This document shows, in pieces, positions 46,019 to 54,369 of a stretch of DNA of 64,000 nt. Numbering within the stretch: the stretch's first letter is position 1; every line of letters starts with the position of its first letter. The notes below the pieces were generated by a model. It was given only the letters and a program-made list of their open reading frames with translations, was not told the DNA's origin and ran no database searches. The translations under genes and the position numbers were made by a program. Source of the stretch: Candidatus Uhrbacteria bacterium (GTDB lineage: Bacteria; Patescibacteriota; Patescibacteriia; UBA9934; GWF2-40-263); assembly GCA_023246355.1 (NCBI GenBank), contig JAHFIQ010000005.1:3086-67085 (forward strand). Direction: 5' to 3'.

Positions 46019-46905
46019 AGATTGGATTTTATCTGCACGAGATCAGTGAGTGCTCCAATCCCGATCACAAGAGGTCGAAGGGCGTAAATGATCCACGCCT
46101 GCCAGGGCGGACACCACTTAGCAAAGTACCGCGCCATGGAGAGAGAAAACTGTGTTTGCTTCCACCGGGATGATTGTTGCTTGAATGATTGTCCGATCAA
46201 ATCGGTGCAGGAAACAGTGGCATCGTACCAGATACGAAATCCTGCTTGGCGAACGCGTTTGCAAAAGTCGACTTCCTCAAACCAGATAAAAAACGTTTGT
46301 GCATCGAGCACGCCGATCTTTTCCATCACATCACGTCGAAACGCAAAAAACGATCCTCGCACTTGATCGACATTCTGCGAAACGTTGTAGTCGAAATCTT
46401 TTGCCAGATATTGATTCACAACATCGGGAAACAGATGGGGGAGTTTGAGCAGGATGGCGAGCTGATCGCGAAATTGAGGATCACGGCGCACGGAAGCAAC
46501 CACGGATCCCCGTCCGACCTGGTCGTCCGGGCGGGCATTTTCACGAACCAGTTTTACACCCATCACACCGATGTCTTTGTGCGTCGTTAGCGTCTGATAG
46601 GTGTGATCGACCACGTCCTTGCCCATCATCATGTCAGGGTTGAACAGCACGAGCACCTCGCCCTTGGCCATCTTGAGTCCTTGATTGCAGGCATAGGCAA
46701 AACCACGATTGGCATCGTTTTGAATGAGATGCACAGAGGGAAAATACGTTCGAATCATCGTGGCCGTGCCGTCGCTTGATCCGTTATCAATCACAAGCAC
46801 CTCGAATGCTTCACGTGTTTGCATGGAAAACAGATGTGAAAGATTGTCTTTCAGCTGTTCACGGACATTCCAGGAAACGATGATGAGAGAAACCTTCGGT
46901 TGCAT
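46009..46905 (-). CDS. Glycosyltransferase family 2 (WbbL-like)
   Basis: IIVSWN, VIDNGSSDGT, LFNPDM, FFIWFEEVDFC. Confidence 0.92.
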   Translation of the reverse strand: MQPKVSLIIVSWNVREQLKDNLSHLFSMQTREAFEVLVIDNGSSDGTATMIRTYFPSVHLIQNDANRGFAYACNQGLKMAKGEVLVLFNPDMMMGKDVVDHTYQTLTTHKDIGVMGVKLVRENARPDDQVGRGSVVASVRRDPQFRDQLAILLKLPHLFPDVVNQYLAKDFDYNVSQNVDQVRGSFFAFRRDVMEKIGVLDAQTFFIWFEEVDFCKRVRQAGFRIWYDATVSCTDLIGQSFKQQSSRWKQTQFSLSMARYFAKWCPPWQAWIIYALRPLVIGIGALTDLVQIKSNLWK

Positions 46906-46951
46906 AACGTGGGCATCTTACGTGTGCATAGAGAGCTTTGTCCACGGTGTA

Positions 46952-46980
46952 TTGACTTTTTCTTCATTTTATGCTATTTT
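46952..46980 (+). promoter_or_regulatory. Candidate promoter of the DGR target gene
   Basis: TTGACT-17 bp-TATTTT with TG extension. Confidence 0.5.
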
Positions 46981-47115
46981 TCTTGTCTGTTCACCCTCAA
47001 GGTTTCAGTGTTGAGTGTGGCGTTTTGAGGCTATTATTGGCCCCAGGCCGCCATTCTCAACAAACAAAGACAAGGTTTACGGGGCGCTCTGTGCGTTCCT
47101 GTGGGCTGGTCAGAG

Positions 47116-47931
47116 ATGGCTCTGAGGTGTTCTGTGAACGTGTTCATTGACCAGATGGTGGATTTCAAGAATCGTTTCTTCCGGCTCGGTGGGACGATGG
47201 CGCTTTTCCTCAACCTCCTCGGTGATGACGAGCTGATGGAGCACATGATCAAGAGCGCTGAGGAGAAGGCTAACGCCAACCCGTTCGAGCAGACGGTGGA
47301 CGAGCAGATCGCCGCGCTGCGGGCTCAGAATGAGGCTGGCAGCTGGGGCATCACCGAGGACGTGTTCGTCCGGCTCGCGCAGACCGCGCCTGCTTGGCCC
47401 AAGGGTAAGGACGCCTACCGCTCGCTCCGTATCCGTTTCGGCGAGGGGGACGAGGGAGTGGCACTCACCTTCGAACGACATGCTGAGGCCATGAAGCGCG
47501 TCCACGACCCGAAGTTCTGGCGGTGGGAATTGCTTCACTCCGGAACGGTGCCCTATCAGGGCAAGTCGGTCGAGCGCCTGCGGCTCTTGAACGGCAATCA
47601 GAGCCACAAGGCCGTCGTCGAGTGGGTAATCATCAGCGACCTGTCAGCCAACCGCACGCGGAAGGACATCACTTCCGTGCGAAGTGTCCAGTCCCTCGCG
47701 GACGAAGGCCTCGTACTGGCGTGGATGTTCCCGAAGCGGGCGCAGGCGATCGACTACGACAAGTGGTGCGCCTGGTACTGCGGAGGCTACGAGTCAAACG
47801 TCCCCGAGCACGGCGAGGAGTGGCAGCGCGTGGTGGTCGTGGGCCGCGACACCGTTTCCGGTAGGGTCCACCTGCACGCCAGCTGGCGGAGCGGCGACAA
47901 CTCGGGCTACTCCGTTCCTCCCCTCGGGTAG
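47116..47931 (+). CDS. DGR target (variable) protein; C-terminal VR
   Basis: The last 131 coding nt match the TR except at TR adenines; no signal peptide seen; start could also be GTG 47101. Confidence 0.92.
   Translation: MALRCSVNVFIDQMVDFKNRFFRLGGTMALFLNLLGDDELMEHMIKSAEEKANANPFEQTVDEQIAALRAQNEAGSWGITEDVFVRLAQTAPAWPKGKDAYRSLRIRFGEGDEGVALTFERHAEAMKRVHDPKFWRWELLHSGTVPYQGKSVERLRLLNGNQSHKAVVEWVIISDLSANRTRKDITSVRSVQSLADEGLVLAWMFPKRAQAIDYDKWCAWYCGGYESNVPEHGEEWQRVVVVGRDTVSGRVHLHASWRSGDNSGYSVPPLG
47798..47928 (+). repeat. DGR variable repeat (VR)
   Basis: 131-nt ungapped alignment to 48292-48422 with 15 mismatches (9 A>G, 5 A>C, 1 A>T). Confidence 0.97.
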
Positions 47932-47951
47932 CGCTCGGAACTTGGCAGCTT

Positions 47952-48007
47952 GGAGCTCGGCAGCCCTTGGACTTCAATCCTTGGTGCTGCCGGCTCCTTT
48001 TCATTTT
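47952..48007 (+). terminator. Hairpin 3' of the VR (terminator and/or DGR homing hairpin)
   Basis: GGAGC(T)CGGCAGC / GCTGCCGGCTCC stem followed by TTTTCATTTT. Confidence 0.65.
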
Positions 48008-48015
48008 GTTATAAT
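48007..48015 (+). promoter_or_regulatory. Extended -10 promoter, candidate for the TR-containing RNA
   Basis: TGTTATAAT, a perfect TGn-TATAAT. Confidence 0.55.
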
Positions 48016-48291
48016 AGTTTTGGAGAGTAGGCCAGTGCGCCGGTGTTTACGGATGCCGGTCGCCGAAATCTCTTGCAATCCCAATATGCCGTCAGAATCC
48101 AGCCTTCGCTTGAAGGTAGGAGTGTGCGGTGCGGATTGGCGAGCACTCCGCATTTCATTTTGGAACCAGCCTTCGCTGAAGCTACGGCCGGCAGGCCAGT
48201 CGAGCGTGCGAACGGCGAAGGGTTCCGCATAAAATTCAGGGTATGGATGCGTCTGTACCCAGTGTCATGGAAGAATGGAATGTGAAGGGAG

Positions 48292-48422
48292 ACGTCCCCG
48301 AGAACGACGAGGAGTGGCAGAACGTGGTGGTCGTGAACCGCAACACCGATTCCGGTAAGGTCAACCTGAACGCCAACTGGCGGAGCAACGACAACTCGGG
48401 CTACTCCGTTCCTCCCATCGGG
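48292..48422 (+). ncRNA. DGR template repeat (TR)
   Basis: 32 adenines and nine AAC codons in the VR frame, eight of them altered in the VR. Confidence 0.96.
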
Positions 48423-48466
48423 AGTTCTCATCAAGGCAAAGGGGCGCCATGAAGCGCTCCTTCATG

Positions 48467-48862
48467 CTATCCGACGACTTTCATCCATCCGCCGAGCATC
48501 CTGCCCGTGTCTATCAGTTTTGATTCCATGTTTAGATACTGAACGTTCGTGATGCATTTGCAGTCCTTACACAGCCGTACCAGCAACTTCGTGGTATCGA
48601 CCTTAGCACTCGCTTCTTTTAGTCTGACGAGCTTCTCTGTTGGAATCGACGTCGCGGCGGCACCAAGAAGGAGTTCAAGTATCGAAAGAAGATATCTGGA
48701 ACAGGTTTCGCCAAGCGTATAGCGTTGGGGTTTCGGAAATTTTTTCATCACTTCGTTCCACAGGACATAAGCATCATAAAGCGTATGTACGATTGGAATA
48801 TCGCCAGGTCCTCCGTTCAACAACGTTCGTTCTTCCCGATTGAGTCGGGGGGGGGGTGTCAC
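48467..48862 (-). CDS. avd: DGR accessory variability determinant (Avd-like four-helix bundle); start uncertain
   Basis: FPKPQRYTLG, KLLVRL.KD, GRMLGGW motifs; lies between TR and RT. Confidence 0.9.
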   Translation of the reverse strand: MTPPPRLNREERTLLNGGPGDIPIVHTLYDAYVLWNEVMKKFPKPQRYTLGETCSRYLLSILELLLGAAATSIPTEKLVRLKEASAKVDTTKLLVRLCKDCKCITNVQYLNMESKLIDTGRMLGGWMKVVG

Positions 48863-49844
48863 TATTCATAAGGCAGAAGCTCGTGATTTATTTGATCGTT
48901 TGGTTTCGATTGAAAATTTGTTTTTGGCGTGGAGACGTTTCTGCAAAGGAAAACGGAGTCGTCATGATGTGATGGTATTCGAACGGAGGCTGGAAGACAA
49001 TCTTTTTGCTATCCGTGAGGAACTTCTTTTCGGATTGTATCAGCACAGTCGGTATGAGCGATTCACCATTCACGATCCGAAAGAGCGAACAATCCACAAA
49101 GCGATCATCAAGGATCGGGTTGTTCACCAAGCTATCGTGAACATTATTGAGCCACTATTCGAGAGAGGTTTCATTTTCGACAGCTTTTCTTGTCGTGTTG
49201 AGAAAGGAACACATGCTGCAGTACGAAGGCTGCGAATGTTTTTGCATCGAGCATCCCAAAACGATACGAAAACGGTCTATGCGCTGAAATGCGATGTGCG
49301 GAAGTTTTTTGACTCTGTAAACCATTTGGTTCTGCTAGAGCTGCTTGCCAAGCGGATTGAAGACCCTGCGACTATCAGGGTCCTTAAAAATATTATCAGT
49401 AGCTTTTCTGTTTTACCTCATACAGGTATTCCGCTTGGGAATCTCACGAGCCAGTTATTTGCAAATATCTATCTTCACGAACTCGACTGGTTCGTGAAAC
49501 AGAAACTTCGTGTCAGATATTATGTCCGTTATTGTGATGATTTTATTATGCTGTCGCTGTCCAAGACAGAAGCAGTGGTTTTGATTGAACAAGTTGACGC
49601 ATTCCTGCAGGAGCGTCTTAAGGTCCAACTCCATCCCAACAAGGTTCACGTTCGCACTTGGACGCAGGGTGTAGACTTTCTTGGTCACGTTCTTCTTCCA
49701 CGAGCAACTATTCTTCGTCCAACAACCGCTCGTCGTGTCATTGAACGTGCTACGAGAGAAAACGCTACGTCTTACCTTGGTTTGTGTGTCCACGCCGATG
49801 CCTACGAAGTCCGTAGAACGATCATGAATAAAACAAACATCTAG
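48840..49844 (+). CDS. DGR reverse transcriptase; start uncertain
   Basis: SIENLFLAW..F.KGK, DPKER.I, DRVVHQA, GIPLGNLTSQLFANIYL, YVRYCDDF, GVDFLG; no group II intron maturase or endonuclease extension. Confidence 0.96.
   Translation: MSRGGGVTIHKAEARDLFDRLVSIENLFLAWRRFCKGKRSRHDVMVFERRLEDNLFAIREELLFGLYQHSRYERFTIHDPKERTIHKAIIKDRVVHQAIVNIIEPLFERGFIFDSFSCRVEKGTHAAVRRLRMFLHRASQNDTKTVYALKCDVRKFFDSVNHLVLLELLAKRIEDPATIRVLKNIISSFSVLPHTGIPLGNLTSQLFANIYLHELDWFVKQKLRVRYYVRYCDDFIMLSLSKTEAVVLIEQVDAFLQERLKVQLHPNKVHVRTWTQGVDFLGHVLLPRATILRPTTARRVIERATRENATSYLGLCVHADAYEVRRTIMNKTNI
48847..48856. repeat. G10 homopolymer shared by the 5' ends of RT and avd
   Basis: TGAGTC-GGGGGGGGGG-TGTCAC. Confidence 0.9.
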
Positions 49845-49855
49845 CTGCTTCAAAT

Positions 49856-49911
49856 GCCGTGGCACGTCGTTCCCGCCAAAGGCGGGCGCGGCGCGAACGA
49901 CGTGCCGTGGT
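49856..49911. repeat. Palindrome 3' of RT containing a CCCGCCAAAGGCGGG mini-hairpin
   Basis: GCCGTGGCACGTCGTTC ... GAACGACGTGCCGTGGT. Confidence 0.75.
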
Positions 49912-49923
49912 ATAGTACAACGA

Positions 49924-50045
49924 GACCTCTGAAAAACTCGATGAGATTGCGATGCGCGGGGAAGCCAGCCTCCGAGACGTCGAAAACTACGTTGAGGAGG
50001 TGGCGGGGCCCCGCAAGTCGCAAGATCGCGAGTTTTGCAGAGGTC
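49924..50045 (+). repeat. ~125-nt rod-like structured repeat, copy C
   Basis: Aligns with copies A and B; begins 8 nt after a TGgTATAGT extended -10 (49908-49916). Confidence 0.88.
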
Positions 50046-50057
50046 CCAATCGTTTTT

Positions 50058-51227
50058 ATGGACAAGGCTCACCTCACCATCGCCCATGTGGTCTGCACCT
50101 ATCCACCGTATCGCGGAGGGATGGGGAATGTTGCGCATGAATATGTCGAGCGACTCAGAGCTCGGGGCTACAACGTGCACGTGTTTACCATTCAAGATAC
50201 AGAAATAGATGATGACCCGCGCTATGTGCACCGCATTCCCGGCATCATCCAAATTGGAAATGCCGGAGTATTACCGTCGCTATTTCATCGCCTGTCTGGT
50301 TTTGATCTGGTTCATCTTCACTATCCTTTTTTTGGCGGCGCAGAACCGGTCATTGTGAGAAAAGCCATGACGCAGGATCAAGGACTTGTCATGACCTATC
50401 ACATGGATAATTTCGGTGCAGGTGTCAAAGGCGCGCTGTTCAGTGCCCATCGTCGCCTGTTATTTCCGTGGCTCGTGAATCGCGTGGACAGAATTTTGGT
50501 GAGCTCCATGGATTATGCCAAACATTGTGCGCTGGCTGAATTGGATGTGATGGACAGAATCGAAGAACATCCCTTTGGCGTGGATCTGGAGCGGTTTCAT
50601 TCAGGCGTGGAGCAGGAGTTGCGTGTGCGTCACCACATCAAACAAGACGTACCCGTTTTGTTGTTTGTGGGTGGGCTTGATGCCGCGCATGAGTTCAAAG
50701 GACTTTCCGTTTTGTTTGAGTCACTCAGTCATCTTTTGAATCAAGAGTGGCATCTGGTGATCGTCGGGGACGGGGCACTCAAGGAAACGTATCGAGAACA
50801 GGCACGCGAGAGAGGGCTCGGCGATCGTGTGACGTTTGCAGGAGCTGTCTCGCAGGATGATCTCCCGCGTTATTACCGTCTGGCGACGGTGCACCTGTTT
50901 CCTTCAACAAAACGCGCGGAGTCCTTTGGATTAGTCGCCCTGGAAGCTGCTGCCTCTGGAATTCCTTCCATCGCGTCAGATCTTCCGGGCGTCAGAACCG
51001 TTGTGCGTGACGGAGATACGGGACTGCTCGTTTCGCCTGGGGATGTTGAGTCACTGAAAAAAGCCATCCTCACCCTGCTTGAACAACCAGACTTGCGATC
51101 ACGCCTTGGTCTTTCAGCGCGAGTGAATGCACAGGCGCACTATCACTGGGAGCCGCTCATAGATCGACTGGAGGCGACGTATGATTCTGTCTTGGGGCAG
51201 CAAGCAAAGCGTCACTATCGAGTATGA
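50058..51227 (+). CDS. Glycosyltransferase family 4
   Basis: YPPYRGGMG, LLFVGGLD.AH.FKG, ESFGLVALEAAASGIP.IASDLPGV; start moved to ATG 50058. Confidence 0.93.
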   Translation: MDKAHLTIAHVVCTYPPYRGGMGNVAHEYVERLRARGYNVHVFTIQDTEIDDDPRYVHRIPGIIQIGNAGVLPSLFHRLSGFDLVHLHYPFFGGAEPVIVRKAMTQDQGLVMTYHMDNFGAGVKGALFSAHRRLLFPWLVNRVDRILVSSMDYAKHCALAELDVMDRIEEHPFGVDLERFHSGVEQELRVRHHIKQDVPVLLFVGGLDAAHEFKGLSVLFESLSHLLNQEWHLVIVGDGALKETYREQARERGLGDRVTFAGAVSQDDLPRYYRLATVHLFPSTKRAESFGLVALEAAASGIPSIASDLPGVRTVVRDGDTGLLVSPGDVESLKKAILTLLEQPDLRSRLGLSARVNAQAHYHWEPLIDRLEATYDSVLGQQAKRHYRV

Positions 51228-52453
51228 AGATCGGGATCGTTTCAAATCTCTATCCACCGGATGCCCGTGGCGGAGCAGAGCTCGTGGCACAGCGCGTGGC
51301 CGATGCTCTGTATGAACGCGGTCACGAAGTGTTTGTGCTCAGCACGCAGCCCTACGACGGCCTGCGATCGTTGTTTGCCCGCGTGCGAGAGAGAACATTG
51401 GAAGTCGTGTATCGTTTTTTTCCACTGAACGTCTACTACGTCAGAAACGACGGGCGCGTGTGGTTTCCCATTCGCCTGCTTTGGCATCTCATCGATCTTT
51501 TCAGTCCATGGGCGAGAGCCGCCATGGCTCACGTTATTGCTGATGAACATCCAGAGGTGATCATCACTCACAACTTGAAAGGCATCGGTGTGGGAATCGC
51601 TCGGGAGATTCAGTTGCGTGGCGTGCCACATATCCACACGCTGCACGATGTACAGCTCTCTGTGCCCAGTGGTTTGCTGATGGCGGGAGAGGAACAGTCC
51701 TTCCTGAATCGATCTTTTTTGCGCCGATGGTATGAGGCAGCGGTACGGCGACAGATGGGGACACCGGATCTGGTTCTCTCACCATCGAAATTTTTGGCAG
51801 ACTTTTATCTGGAGCGGGGGTTGTTTTGTGACACACGCTTGGAAGTTCTTGCCAATCCTCTGCCACCAGGAAATCGACCCGAGCTTCCCAAAACACGACC
51901 GCAGATGAAGACGAAATTTTTATTCGTGGGTCAGCTGGAAGCACACAAGGGCATTCTCTTGCTGTTGGATGCGCTCGATCAACTCGGGGACGTGGAAATG
52001 CATTTCGCCGGTGAGGGGTCGCTTGCTGAGTTTGTGAGTGAACGCGCTGTGCGTGATCCTCGCGTGACGTATCACGGGTTTGTCTCACTCGATAACTTGG
52101 TCAAGCTGTTGGAAAATATCGACGCGGTCGTGCTTCCATCGATCTGTTACGAAAATTCTCCAACCGTTATTTATGAAGCATTCTTGATTGGTGTGCCCGT
52201 GATCGCATCGAGGATCGGTGGCATTCCAGAGATTGTGAAGGAGGAACTTTCAGGACTCCTTGTCACTCCGGGCAGCGTGCAGGAATTGGTCGCTGCCATG
52301 CGTCGGATTCACAACGAACGGGAGTTGTGGTGGGAGAGAACACAATCGATTCGTGCGTATGCCCTGCAATTCGGATTAGACAATTATGTCAGACGTTTGG
52401 AAGCGCTTATAGAGGAAGTGGTGAAAAAAGAAAACTCACCTGTTGGTGAGTAG
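51224..52453 (+). CDS. Glycosyltransferase family 4
   Basis: SNLYPP.ARGGAE, FVGQLEAHKG, ENSPTVIYEAF..GVPVIASRIGGIPE. Confidence 0.93.
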   Translation: MKIGIVSNLYPPDARGGAELVAQRVADALYERGHEVFVLSTQPYDGLRSLFARVRERTLEVVYRFFPLNVYYVRNDGRVWFPIRLLWHLIDLFSPWARAAMAHVIADEHPEVIITHNLKGIGVGIAREIQLRGVPHIHTLHDVQLSVPSGLLMAGEEQSFLNRSFLRRWYEAAVRRQMGTPDLVLSPSKFLADFYLERGLFCDTRLEVLANPLPPGNRPELPKTRPQMKTKFLFVGQLEAHKGILLLLDALDQLGDVEMHFAGEGSLAEFVSERAVRDPRVTYHGFVSLDNLVKLLENIDAVVLPSICYENSPTVIYEAFLIGVPVIASRIGGIPEIVKEELSGLLVTPGSVQELVAAMRRIHNERELWWERTQSIRAYALQFGLDNYVRRLEALIEEVVKKENSPVGE

Positions 52454-52464
52454 AGAGGGTGGCG

Positions 52465-52818
52465 TCAGTTGACTGACTCGCCCCCCTTGCGGCCCCGAGT
52501 GGCTGCTGCGTGAAAGAGAATGTCGGGGTTGGCCTGGAGCTCCGGAGATGGAAGGTCCACGCTCAGATCTTCAACTTCCTTGATGACGATCGTCGTGCCT
52601 TTTCCAATCCCTTGCCTCGTACGGACGCGTGAGGTGATTTTGGAAGGACGCTGCATGGCGTGAATCATTGGATGAGTGAAGACAATGGAGTTGGCCGCGG
52701 CCAATCGTGCCATTTCCATCGCCATCTCGGTCGCGTCAGCGAACTCGACGATCGTTTGCACTTGTTCCTCAGGCTGTCCTTGTTGGAACACGAGGAAGGT
52801 GATTTTCATGCGGATCAT
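52465..52818 (-). CDS. Hypothetical protein
   Basis: ORF fills the gap; GC-biased codons; no recognisable motif. Confidence 0.55.
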   Translation of the reverse strand: MIRMKITFLVFQQGQPEEQVQTIVEFADATEMAMEMARLAAANSIVFTHPMIHAMQRPSKITSRVRTRQGIGKGTTIVIKEVEDLSVDLPSPELQANPDILFHAAATRGRKGGESVN

Positions 52819-52834
52819 GGAGACTCTCGGGATA

Positions 52835-52897
52835 TGGGGTCAGGTCGGGTTATGGACATTTTGAAAAACAGAATGTCCATAACCCGACCTGACCCCA
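52835..52897. repeat. REP palindrome (GGGGTCAGGTC family), left of RAYT
   Basis: TGGGGTCAGGTCGGGTTATGGACATT-11 nt-AATGTCCATAACCCGACCTGACCCCA. Confidence 0.93.
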
Positions 52898-52900
52898 CCT

Positions 52901-53743
52901 TCACTTTCCTCTGCTTATTCTTCCTACCACAGATCGGTCGATACCAACAAGCTTAGCGATTTCTGTCGTTAAATATCCGCATCGCAACCGAGCAAAAACA
53001 ATCCCTTCGTTTCGTTTAGTCTTTGTCGTGGCGTCGGCAAAAATTTCCTCAAGAGTCGGTCGACCAACGATCCGTTCTTCTCGACGGTACTCCTTGAGTT
53101 CCTCTACTCCATTCGTTTTCTCCCAAATCCAACTCACGAATTGAGGACTGCCTAAGAGGAAACCGTTTGAAACGTCATCGTAAGGGTTTCTTGCATCAGA
53201 CCCTTCATCGACAAACTGTCGGTACTCTTGCTGGGCTTCCTGTTTTTTTTTCGAAAAATGAGTCAGGAGCCAATCTACGCGCAGCCACTCAGGCGAGGTG
53301 GACGCACCACAGGTTGCACGATAACTACTCCATTTCCATTCTTTTGGGTGTTTTACAAGGTGAGCGCGAACAGGATTCAAAACGATATAACGAGCCACTT
53401 CCAGAAGGTATGTCTCTTTTTCAATGACGAACGCCTTGTATCTACCTTGGAAGAGGTGTCCGACACGTCCGTGTACTGCGTTAAACCACTGAGAGTAGTT
53501 TCCGTTGAGATCTCGCATGGCAATCGCAAGGTTTGCGTCGAGTGTCTCCAAAAGCAAGTGATAGTGGTTTCCCATGAGACAATACGCGTGGCACAGGAGG
53601 TTATGTGTCTTACAAGTATCCTGAAGCCATCTCAAAAATCGACGTCGGTCATGATCGGTCAAAAAAATATCTTGTTTGGCGTTTCCTCGAGCAATGACGT
53701 GATAGAGCGCACCTGGATATTCAATACGTAAAGGTCTTGACAT
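52901..53743 (-). mobile_element. REP-associated tyrosine transposase (RAYT, HUH/Y1 family) with C-terminal HTH
   Basis: MSRPLRIEYPGALYHVIARGN, AYCLMGNHYHLL (HUH), GHLFQGRYKA, RYIVLNPVRA, WKWSSY. Confidence 0.93.
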
Positions 53744-53941
53744 AGATTTTTTAATGATTTGTTTAGTTTCTTCTGGGAACATAAAACCCCCAAAATTCAA
53801 AAGATGAAGTCATGGGGGGATTATTGACACCAACAGTGGGAAATGAAACCCAGTTGCACTCTAACTACATCATTTTTTTCGTTCTGTGTCAATGATTATT
53901 TGTGGATAGATTTACTTCTGGTATCTCTCCTTTTGGAGTTT

Positions 53942-54355
53942 TTACTTGCTGATCTCACTTATTGACGTGACATACCCAAGCTCATCAATATCATTTTCTT
54001 GATAATCAAGTAAAAATATCGAATGGGCGTAAGGATCGGACGTATTGGACTTGAAGTCCTCACTAAATTCTTGATAGCTCATCCTTCGACCATCCAACAA
54101 GGTAACCAATGGAGCTTGATCACCAACTGCCGGATAGAGGATTACAGGTAGGTGCCCATTTTGTTTGAACAAAAAATTCGGAGTTCCCCAAGGTGAGATA
54201 TCAAGACTCACAATTTGCCCTATATTGTCGCCGATGACGATGGTTGGGCTCGTTGGCGCAAGTGTTGGATATATTAGACGGAATGCTGTCCATCCAATGA
54301 TAATACCCAAAAGGCAGAATCCGACCGGCTTGCAACGAGACGAAATTTTGATCAT
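53942..54355 (-). CDS. Hypothetical single-TM protein, AT-rich, between the REPs
   Basis: N-terminal TM; lower GC than neighbours. Confidence 0.6.
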   Translation of the reverse strand: MIKISSRCKPVGFCLLGIIIGWTAFRLIYPTLAPTSPTIVIGDNIGQIVSLDISPWGTPNFLFKQNGHLPVILYPAVGDQAPLVTLLDGRRMSYQEFSEDFKSNTSDPYAHSIFLLDYQENDIDELGYVTSISEISK

Positions 54356-54369
54356 ACAGTTTAGGTTTA

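Noticed and set aside
48243-48452. 69-aa Asn-rich ORF resembling the target C-terminus
   Set aside because: It is the TR read in the VR frame; open frames are expected for an AAC-rich TR and there is no evidence of translation
48840-49844. RT as a group II intron, retron or Abi RT
   Set aside because: It is short, has the DGR-type GNLTSQ motif, has no maturase domain, and sits beside a TR/VR pair and Avd
49854-50057. N-terminal extension of the GT4 ORF
   Set aside because: It consists of the palindrome and the structured repeat; GT4 similarity starts after ATG 50058
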